64,000 nucleotides of DNA. It comes from Strigamia acuminata. Lineage: Eukaryota. Both the position numbers and the translations under genes were made by a program. Shown piece after piece: positions 35,601 to 45,649 of the stretch. The stretch covers positions 6,510,001-6,574,000 of the forward strand of contig OX442314.1 in the NCBI GenBank assembly GCA_949358305.1. Direction: 5' to 3'. The notes under the pieces are model-generated. The model was not told the origin of the DNA and searched no databases. It saw only the letters and a program-made list of their open reading frames with translations. Positions within the stretch are counted from its first letter, which is position 1; every line of letters starts with the position of its first letter.

Positions 35601-36136
35601 AGTTATTTAATTATTTGGATTGGTAAAAATCCCAAAGTTCAAGAAGATTGAAGTAAGTTTATTTTATTTTCATTTGAAAAATACAATATTTTACGAATGT
35701 CTTCCCGAAGGAATTTTATTTTATCGGTAAAATTGAATCTCGAAGGGAACGGACTTAGTAGAGAACTACTAAATAGATGTAACGTCCTTTATACCATTGG
35801 CCGACACTAACATCCGCCAATCAGAAGTTGGGAGATCTAGGGATCCCCAGCCCCCTGCTATTAAAGGAGGACCAGATCAGATACTGATCATTCGCATCCA
35901 GACCAGACCAGAAGACGTGTTCCAGAGTCATCTTGACCACGCCGTCCCGATTTCAGTCACGATTCGAATTTTGTGTGCCGTGTAACCTGCAAAAGCTAAC
36001 ACGTGTCAAACAAACGCGAAGTTTAATTTTATTTTGTCAAAAGTAAAGTTTAGAAGTGTTTCTTGTTGAAAAGTGTATTATATTCGTCTTCTTTATAAAT
36101 TAAAGAATTAAAATCGTCAGATTTTGAATTTTTTTT

Positions 36137-37558
36137 ATGGCTCAAAAACCATTGAATATGATCGATCCAAAAGGAAATAATAAGCAGACAAACTTAAATT
36201 TAAGTTCTGTACCACTTGGCGATCAAACAGAAAAGATTCCCGATCATTTTACTCTGTATTGTAATCGTCATGGACTGGATAAAACCAAGTTTAAAAATAT
36301 AATCGAAGCTTCAGACTATGTAAAAGCTAGGAACTGGCGAGATCGTACCCAATCTCAATCTTCACATCAAGATCCAGTACGGAATCCACAAACATACAGC
36401 CGAAACTTAGTGAATCAAGATTCTCATACTATGTTTCAAACATCCAGTAGGGGATCTAAGTTAGAAAAGTTTAAACCACCTAATTCGGTAGATAAGGGGG
36501 AAGAGAATTATAAACCTAATAATTCTCGTCCAGAGAGTTCGTTAACTAACCAGTCGGTTGTTCAGAACAAATTAAAACTCGTTTACAATCGAGATCAGCT
36601 AATTTCAGTTCGATATGCTAATCCAGCTGAAGCACAACGATATGTGGCTAGCCTTAATCTGTCGATTAACCTACCGCTATCAAAAGAATTGGGAACCGTA
36701 AACAAAAGTTTTGGGCCACCAATATCAACGCAAAGGAAAGATATTCGGACTCCAAACAAACATTTGCAGTCAAATAACGTACAACAACGTGCCCGATCGC
36801 CGATCACAAACTCATGTTTGCGGACGTATGATTTGTCTACCAAGAAGAGTCCCCAGCCAAGACAATTCTACCTAACGCCCATTTCAAATCGAAAAAAGGT
36901 CAAGCAAACTTTTCCCTTGAAAAAGTATTACCAACACGATAATGAGAATGATTTTAAACCTAAAAAAGAAAGTTTTTTGACTAACCCACGGGAGATCCGG
37001 TATCAATTCGAACAGTATTGTAAACAATACCAGTTAAATTCAGCTGAATTTAAAAATATAAACGAAGCGCAACAATTCGTATTTCGAAATCAATACCGTA
37101 ACCAACGACTAAAACCCGTCCCAGTCGTCAATCTGACGGAGATACAACAATTTGCGTCTGGAAAGCAACCCTGCAATATCCAGAATAATTCATCTCAACG
37201 AGAGGAATTAAGAACTTCAAAAAAGCGTTTTCGGTCACCAAGTCCAGCTGGTGATGAAGAAACTTCAAGTACAAACCAACATGTTCAAAAACTGACTGAA
37301 AACCCAGGTTTCCAATCATCAGTTCCACGACTTAGAGTCAAATATAGATCCCCTCGTTTGTTGCGGGATTTCACAATTCCAAATATGGGTCCTTTCCACG
37401 TATGGTTTTCCAATGAGGGTCCCATTCATGTATGGTTTTCCAGAGATGACCTAAAACAAAAAGTTGGGTCGTCACGGTCATTTACACTGCCAAGTGAGTA
37501 CACTGTGTGTAACTGCCCAAAGAAAAAAACGTCGAAAGAAATCAGTACAGCAGGCTGA
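36137..37558 (+). CDS. 473-aa protein of element B with two Gag N-terminal-like modules
   Basis: The only long ORF in B. FTLYCNRHGLDKTKFKNIIEASDYV and FEQYCKQYQLNSAEFKNINEAQQFV resemble the Gag N-terminal motif of A and C. Confidence 0.8.
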   Translation: MAQKPLNMIDPKGNNKQTNLNLSSVPLGDQTEKIPDHFTLYCNRHGLDKTKFKNIIEASDYVKARNWRDRTQSQSSHQDPVRNPQTYSRNLVNQDSHTMFQTSSRGSKLEKFKPPNSVDKGEENYKPNNSRPESSLTNQSVVQNKLKLVYNRDQLISVRYANPAEAQRYVASLNLSINLPLSKELGTVNKSFGPPISTQRKDIRTPNKHLQSNNVQQRARSPITNSCLRTYDLSTKKSPQPRQFYLTPISNRKKVKQTFPLKKYYQHDNENDFKPKKESFLTNPREIRYQFEQYCKQYQLNSAEFKNINEAQQFVFRNQYRNQRLKPVPVVNLTEIQQFASGKQPCNIQNNSSQREELRTSKKRFRSPSPAGDEETSSTNQHVQKLTENPGFQSSVPRLRVKYRSPRLLRDFTIPNMGPFHVWFSNEGPIHVWFSRDDLKQKVGSSRSFTLPSEYTVCNCPKKKTSKEISTAG

Positions 37559-38210
37559 GAGATCTCGGAAATTTGCAAATATGCGAGCTCAATATTTAGC
37601 AAAGAATCATGTTGATTAACATGATATGATACACAAAGATTCCCCGATTATAGTGTAAACAGAAAATCCTCTTCTAAAAATCATGACCTCTCTTCTAAAG
37701 AAAAGGGGGACAAAATATAAAAGTTAGAATTAACAAAATTTTGAAAAGTAATGCTACATTATTAAGACAACTAGTTTAATTAAATTAGTCAATTGTACAA
37801 AGAATACCAAGTGACTCCGGTCATGACAATTAAGGGGGACATTTTGATTCTTAATTGTCAACTCTTATCATCCGAAAGCTATTATTGTATATTTATAGCA
37901 ATACATCTGACTAGGCATATGAAATAAATATTTTGTGATAACACAAATGATGATTTTATGTATGACGAAAGTTTCTTCAAAAAGAAGACTTGGAAATAAA
38001 TTCTGGACTTGAATTTAGGCTATTAGAAAAGATTATTTCGGCAGAAATCCAGAACTTAGATAATTCAAGTTAGTTTATGTAAACTCAAATTCGAAATTGG
38101 AAGTCACAGTATCTCCAAGATACATCAAGTCCGAAAATAGCATTTATGCTAATTAGGAGAATAACGAAAACTCTATAAAATATTATATAGTTGTGTTATT
38201 AAGGGGGATG

Positions 38211-40127
38211 TGTGACGGTTTTTAATGGCTATAAATGCCTATTTTCTATAGAAAAGCGCTGTTGTGTCATTATGACGGTATTTTTACAGTATTCTGTGTA
38301 AAACTGATAAATGTCTAGAATAAAGTCATTTATGATGTTTCAAATACAAAGATGTTCGTTTATTAAGAATAAACACTAATTTCCACATGATACTAAAGTA
38401 TCACGGCATAATTACGAAGATTCGTCTGCTAAAACCCGCATTTGTCAATGCGCAATGTTGCCACAAGATGGCGCGATTACGATTTAGCGGCAAATTCAAG
38501 ATATGAATATAAAACATGTAAATAAATATAAAACTATATTTACTAGAATGAAACGAAGCTTTGTGAACATTAATATAAAGATATATTAATGTCTTGTGAT
38601 GTTAAATACAATGTAACTTCCATTTTCTGCGGGACAGGACATTTGGTGATCAATCGATCAACCAATAGATCTGATTGGTGGATCCATTTCCGGTCCTGGG
38701 TATCCAGTTCCGGTTGTGGTGAGAATTAGCACATTGTTCCTCCGTATCCACTTCCGGTGATACGGGATTGGAGGGATTCGTGGAACCCATGTTCCAATTG
38801 GATAACTGGATTAATCCTTAATCCAGTCAGGTTATATAAACCCAAACAACCGGCCATTCTGCAGCTCTGTTTGATTATTTTCTGTTTGGTATTGTTACTT
38901 AAGAAATATGATTCGTTGTTCACGTAAAAAAACCTTTTGGTTCTTTGTTGATTTATTCACAAAGAACCGTTGCATGATTCTACAGAATCATGCCACCGCC
39001 GGCAATTGAAGTCGAAGTGCTGGGATCATTATGTTGCATAAATGTTACAGTTTACGGTTGCGACGCCGAAGGAGAACCCGCCGTTGTGCAATTCAGTATC
39101 CTCCGGACAGGACCATGTGGTCTTTCTCGGTATGAACGTATTCCGTTACCGCAAGTAGCATCGTTGCTGTTGAGAATTAGTTCCTTCACCGGATGGTGCC
39201 AAAGCAGTCTGTTTTACAGTAACCACGAGTAGCACCAAGTGTTTGGCAAGCTGATTCTCATGGTATTCGATGCCAAAGTAGTCGGTCTATTATTAGTACC
39301 GCGAGAGATTATACTGCTGTGCGGAGCCGCGAGCTATCGACTCCTGTGTACGTGATACCGTCAATCGCCAGACGAACGACCGTGTCGCGACGCAGGGGAC
39401 GCTTGATACCGTTCTGCATTGCAAGGCGTATATTTTCTTTCGACGGCAATTGTGTGTTGCGACGGGAAGCCTAATCTTCATTTTATTTATAACAGCTAAA
39501 TATTAACTTGGCGACAAGTTGATTAACCAAGTCAGAAGACTTAATTACGATCACGATTACATCAAAGACGCAAATGTAACTGATAAAGTTGATGACAACT
39601 TATCCACAAAAATATCTAAATAAGAATTCACAACGATATGAATTAAATATAATTCATAAGCGGAATATTGATAAGTAAAATGAATACATTTACTTACACC
39701 AATATCCTCCCAAAGTTGTGGCGGTGCAGACAAAGTCAACCGCAATGCTCAGATCATTCGATTTATCGACGTGCGATAATTTACACAGCGAACCAAGGAA
39801 ACCAGCGAAGCCATATCGGACTCCAGGACACAGCCATCCGGCTTAAGATGACATCTATAATCAGGTCGAGCGATGGGGAAACCGCTCCCATATTCCAGAC
39901 CCGTAGTGATATTATTCTAGGGCCAGTTGGCCAATTCTTTGTATAGTTTAATAGCTGATTTAACTTGCCAAATGTCGGCATTAGTCCTATGTATAATTTA
40001 GCCTTGATATTATTGTTTACCAACAATAAACTGTCTTGTATTTATCTCGTATTGTATTCACTGTTTATTTATTGCGATCTCTTCCCGGTACCATTGTTAA
40101 ATGGGAGTTGTGGTCGTCACCGTCACA
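38211..40127 (+). repeat. 3' LTR of element B
   Basis: Copy of 30695-32611, followed by the TSD CACA. Confidence 0.96.
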
Positions 40128-40576
40128 CACAAAAACTTATATTTTGTGAAAACGGACATTGGACGTCACCAAGCCCCAATTAAGGAAAACGCGAATGTAT
40201 GTCCTGGGAAATCCGCATTGACATCGGAACCGGACACTGTGCCTAGTTTACGATTATGGCATGAAAGATTTGGACATATACATTTGGAAAGTGTGCAGCA
40301 AACGGTTTGACATGGAGCGGTTAGAGGGCTAGAAGAACTTTCTGGAAAGTTGGACCATTGTGAAGTTTGTGATCTCGCAAAGAAAAAGTGCCTTTCTATC
40401 AAGCCGATCCCACAGATCAGGTCAACTAAAGTACTGGAACTCTTACACATGGACGTTTGTGGTCAACTTCCAACACGTTCATTATCCGGCTGCACCTACT
40501 TTCTTACAATTACCGATGATTACTCTCGTCACACTACGGTTTACCCAATGGAGAGATTCTATTTTGGCTTAATATT

Positions 40577-42329
40577 TGTGACGATTCTACTTTTGGCTGA
40601 TTTAATAGCCATTTAAGATAGATAATTAATCGGTTTAAACAAGACGTTGCTAGGAGTAGCAACAACCTAACCGAGATAAGCTTACGGAAGTCTGTGTAAA
40701 AATATGAATCAATGACTGAGCAGAAATAACTTACAGTTTTAGTGTGACATAACATATTTATTACTAAATATTAACGATAACATAATTGGGTTCTTGACGC
40801 GTGTAAACGGGCGGCATCAACTGGTTGAGGATCCGGGCGAAGCCAGAGGGATACGGCTGACTTGCGGCATCGTCACAAATATCGCTACGGAGACGTATTT
40901 GGTCCGCAGCTCGAGTATCTAATAATGCGAAGAGTCCTTCGCATAAGTAGGAATATTCAGCAGAATATTCCATGTTCCAAATGAATAAAAGTAAAGTAAT
41001 TAGTGGAATACAACAAATGAATTGTTGTATAAATATTAATTGGGCGGGGACCGTCACGACAAATGAGAGAACGTCGCGGGAGTTGTTGAGACTCCATCCG
41101 CCAGCATGCCTTACGACGACAAGATCTCGTGATCAGGCGCCGAGTATTTAATTGTCCGCTTTAATTCGCTATCGGTGGTACCAACCACCAGGTAAACATT
41201 TCTATGGACTTACCGGGTTTAAAAGATATTGCCAATACAGGATTACCAATGCCCGAGTAATTTGTTTAGCACAGTGTTCTTCAACTCCTGTTCACGGGTT
41301 ACTAACCCGGAGGGTACAATGGGGCGGGGACCGTCACGACGGTCGAGAGAACCATCGCGGGAGGATTTGACTCCTCCATCCGCCAGCATGCCTTACGATG
41401 GCGGGATCCACTGATCGAGCACCGGGTAAAATATTAATCGGCCACTGCCGTTGGATTACCATTATCCAGGTAGTTATTTATCGCAACATCTTGAAGATAT
41501 TACTCACGGGCTACCAACCCGGCGTGTTACCTGTATATTAGGCTTTTACCGACTTTTAACGAGCGGAAGGACCAATCGTAGAAAGACGGGAACCTGCGTG
41601 GGCTGTTTACAACAGCCATCCTGCAGCGGACTGAGGCCAGTTAGCTGAGGGACCTACTTTTCATTTAGCAAGGTCGTACTGTATACGACCGTTATATTAA
41701 GCCACCGTACGAAGTCCTACTGTCCCGTAGAACAGCTGGCTAACGTTACGGGGCCATTTCATGCGAATGCATGTCTATTACCGGAGTTAGCCTTCCCGAA
41801 ATAGCCCTACAACAGCAATAACAAATAGTAATGAATACTAACTGTGGAGAGCTGAGGTGGCCTGATGTGTCGATAGAGAATAATGAAATCAAACGATAAC
41901 AATTCAACTACAGACAATATACAAGTTCAGTTATCAAGCCAGGGGGGTTAGTGGGTGAGAAACTGATGCTTATATAGTTCTGTAGAACTACTAGATTGGC
42001 GACAGCCAATCAGCGTACGAATCGGTGGATTCGTGGGTCACTAGTCCGGACCTAATATATGACTATGCCCAGATGGGCCCAGTTGGGGTCCGGAAGGGTC
42101 CGATTGGTTCCCTTCGACAGGTAAGTAATGTGGATATTGATTCGATAGAATCAACATTGTCAAGTAAATAATACTTAGTTTATATCGAATAAAATAGTTA
42201 TATTTTATTCACCGTGTCTAAATAATTATTTATCACACTTTTTAATTTTATCGAGTTTGAATTACGCGCGTTTGGTAAACAGCGCCATCTATTGTGAACA
42301 TTGATAAATACGGATTTGTAATCATCACA
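40577..42329 (-). repeat. 3' LTR of element C (1753 bp)
   Basis: Matches 53027-55552 apart from a MITE, a 6-bp insertion and about 3 substitutions. It carries an internal ~100-bp duplication (41042 and 41322). Confidence 0.95.
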
Positions 42330-43081
42330 CATCCCCCGGTGACAAGCATAGAGTTTACCAACTCTTCAATTGTCATTCTTAATGTATAAGAAATGTTCAC
42401 CTAATTCTATCGAATTAATCCACTCGGTAAGTATTTTATTAAACTTAATCCTGTTATTTCTTTCAGAAACTTCATCACCCGATTAGACTAATCGGCTTCC
42501 CTGTACAACGCAACTCCCGGTTGCTAAGCGACGGAAATGAACTCGTCCGAACATGAACACCTGTTCGAGAAAACTAATTTCGATAGAAATTTTTATTTTC
42601 TCCATCAAATAAACTTATTTCCAGCTTATTAATTATCCAGATGATCAAATAAAATAAATTTATGCAAAATTTTATTTATCGGAAAATCTAAACTACGAAT
42701 TCTTTATTACGAATGTCATAAAAAATTATTGGATTTCAACTTGAAATTCTTCAACACTTTGAACAAAGCAAAACAAATACAATTTCCACAAATAATTATG
42801 AAATTCGCAAATAAATCAAACAAACATATATTAATATGATTAGTTGAAATAAACAACCAAATTGAATTCGGAAAACAAAACAAATTAAATTGAATCCAAT
42901 TTTAAATCAAACTATATTCTTATGAATATTTAAATAATTAGTTCAAGATCTTGAAACCAAACAAACACAACACTCATGAGAATATTTCTTAAATAACTTC
43001 GAATAACACAACAAACACTTGGAACATTTTCAGTCATAAAAATCTCCACTCGGAAAAATAACGAATGTTAATTTGTCTCTT

Positions 43082-44599
43082 CTATTCTTTCTTTTCGACG
43101 TCAGTCGAATCTTTCTCCTCCTTTTTCTCGACTTCGGCAGAAGTCAGAAAATCCGATTCTTCAGTCGCCTCTGTCGAGACGGCGGAAAACACAGCTTCTT
43201 CCGGCGCTTCGATTTCATCCGGACTCGGAGGCGGAAACGGCATGTCGTCGAGAAGCTCAGCCACGAAATCAACGACGGAAAGCAGCTCTTCAGCGTCCTC
43301 GAACTGAGCGTCGTCCAAAGTCTCAGACTTAGACGCTGGAGGGGCGCTGGACACGTCGGTTACGACCGCTGGAGGATCCTCCACGGGTTTAGCCGACGCT
43401 TCTACAGCCTGTTGAAGCTTACGAGCTCGCCCTCGTGCCAAGATGTTGGTTCGTTGAACTTTGGCAATTTCTCTCGCTCGGTCGAGCGTCAGACAGCCTC
43501 GTCCACGCGACATCGTTCTCGGTCGAACGATTTCTTCTACGACCTCGCTTCCAACGCTGTCGGCGGCCTGGACAGTTTCAGTAGAAACTTCAGAGTCCTC
43601 GGACGGCGGCGGTGACTGTCGAAGGAGTTCGACTCTTACGCCGGCGTTGGCTTCAGCACGGGTCCAGGTGAGGAAGCGCGGGTCGATGTACACAGCCTCG
43701 CCGCGGCTGTTTAGAAACAATCGGCACTTGGGGCAGTGAGCCCAACATCGCTTCTCGTTAGGCTTAATGCCTTTCACCACGTGGGGCTGAACCTCCTTGC
43801 GCCACGGCTCCGAACGCGGTCGCGTTTTCCTTCCTCGACAGTTTGGACATCTCATTAATGAGGAACTTGCGGATGCACCGCAGCACCACCCACAGCCGAC
43901 GCAAAATGGGCAGATCGTCTCTGTTGCCTGGTCCGTCACGATGTTATCGTGAGGTATTCCGGCTGCCATGTCTCGTTCGCACTGCTCCTTGCGCAGGCGG
44001 GCCTTCTCGTCCTTCTTTCTTGCCTTATTGGCGGCTCGGTACTCGCGGTTGCGAGAAACAGGCTCCGAAAAACGCAAAGCGCCCGGCGGCGGCTCATTCC
44101 ATCCGTATTCTGATGCAGAAGACTCAGCACCAGCAGGAAGATGCATAACAGACGCTGATTGTCCCGTCACAGTCGGTGCAGCTGCATTCGACGTGTTGGC
44201 GACGGTGGGCGCCACGCTTGCAGTTGGCGGCCGAAATTCGGGTGAATGCGGGGCCAACGGGACGTTGATAACGTTCGCGGGCGGATACGCCACCTGGGCC
44301 AGCGGGGCCAATTGCGCCGACTCATAAACGGTTGGCTGTGCAGATGTGGATGGGGCCTGCATCATCGCATTTAAGTCGAGCGGAAGTCCGTCCGGATGGA
44401 CGCTCAGCCAATTTAGCGTTGCGAGTTGCAACGGCGTCAGGGCGTACATTGAGGCGGGCGCCGTCGGTATCGGTTGGGCCCTCATGTAAGCACGTTCTGC
44501 TGAACGGCGCTGCTCGTCACTAGACGAGGTGGACGAGCTGGAGCTTTTGTGACGGTGTCGTCGATGACTCCGTTTTGAACGGTGTTTTCCACTTCCCAT
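43082..44599 (-). CDS. ORF3 accessory protein of element C (Cys-rich Zn-finger-like core)
   Basis: The ATG (MGSGKHRS) directly follows a TTGCTTGTGCAG acceptor-like site. CPFCVGCGW..CPNCRGRK..WAHCPKC is homologous to ORF3 of A. Confidence 0.85.
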   Translation of the reverse strand: MGSGKHRSKRSHRRHRHKSSSSSTSSSDEQRRSAERAYMRAQPIPTAPASMYALTPLQLATLNWLSVHPDGLPLDLNAMMQAPSTSAQPTVYESAQLAPLAQVAYPPANVINVPLAPHSPEFRPPTASVAPTVANTSNAAAPTVTGQSASVMHLPAGAESSASEYGWNEPPPGALRFSEPVSRNREYRAANKARKKDEKARLRKEQCERDMAAGIPHDNIVTDQATETICPFCVGCGWCCGASASSSLMRCPNCRGRKTRPRSEPWRKEVQPHVVKGIKPNEKRCWAHCPKCRLFLNSRGEAVYIDPRFLTWTRAEANAGVRVELLRQSPPPSEDSEVSTETVQAADSVGSEVVEEIVRPRTMSRGRGCLTLDRAREIAKVQRTNILARGRARKLQQAVEASAKPVEDPPAVVTDVSSAPPASKSETLDDAQFEDAEELLSVVDFVAELLDDMPFPPPSPDEIEAPEEAVFSAVSTEATEESDFLTSAEVEKKEEKDSTDVEKKE

Positions 44600-45649
44600 C
44601 TGCACAAGCAAATAAATTATTTTATTAAAATAATTCCACTCTAAATAGTCATTCCTTGAGTCCAAAGAATTTAAAACGTATTGTTCGCAACGATAATACA
44701 CAACTCGAGTTATTTATAACCCTTAACACGTGACACTAATGAGTCACATTCCCCTTGTGTTTATGACACGAGAATGGACTCGCCGGCAAAGATTTTCATC
44801 GAAAAATCGCAACTTGTTGATTTTTTAAAAGAAAAATCCTTTTAGTTTCTTTAAACTATTTAATCCAACTTTTCGAATATCAAAGATAACTTTCGTATTA
44901 ATTAATTAACACTTAGTCTAATAAATATCTCAAATCGAAAATTCACCGCTAAATAATTTATGCAAGCCTCGACCGCGACTTGATTTAAATAATTAGTGCC
45001 CACGTACTTAAACTTAATAAATAATTATTAAATTTAACCCAACTATTCGACTGAATAGCTAAACTTCCAGAGTGATTTAATGCCGATTCACGCTTATAAC
45101 AGCACGTGAATTTATAACTTTTATCGGGACACCGATATTTTCAATTGTTGCGAACAATTTTCTAATTCTTTAGTCAAAGAATATTAACGAAAACTACTTA
45201 CAATTAGAAGCTAGTTTTCCTGGTTTGAAGTCGGCTAAATGAATTAGCGTCGAAATTCTCAAGTCGAAAAGCGAAGACGGTTGAAGGGACGAAGTCACTA
45301 GTATCCGTGTGTTTAACGAAGTGTTTGTGTGCAATGAACCCTGGGAATTTTATTCCCTATTAATTGTCGGGTTCGAGGTTTAATCACACCTCGTAAGTCT
45401 CGTACCTTCGTAATTACGCGAGATTGTCACTTTTCAAAGTAATTCTCTGTATTTTGGTTAAAATACATGTAAATACGACCAAAAAATTAAAATATTCTAC
45501 CGAATATTTAATTCATCGCAACAAATTCATATTTTAATATAAATTTCCATAAATATCGTAATATCTTGTCCCCCGGTGTTGAGATTATAAATCACTACAC
45601 CTGTCAGACATGTAAATAATTACAGTCTTCAAGTTTTGAATAAAACTTA

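Larger units (their letters stand above)
30695..40127 (+). mobile_element. Non-autonomous LTR retrotransposon (element B) related to A and C
   Basis: 1917-bp LTRs (30695-32611 and 38211-40127), TSD CACA, Gln PBS at 32614, PPT AAGGGGGATG at 38201-38210, and no pol. Confidence 0.95.
29772..40553 (+). pseudogene. Decayed Copia gag-PR-IN fragment (29772-30694 and 40132-40553), split by element B
   Basis: Motifs NYATWKEEI (gag), WVYDSGATSH (PR), LWHERFGH and LLHMDVCG (IN). Removing B rejoins VKH|KNLYFVK in frame. It has an internal deletion/frameshift and a stop, and no LTRs were found. Confidence 0.88.
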
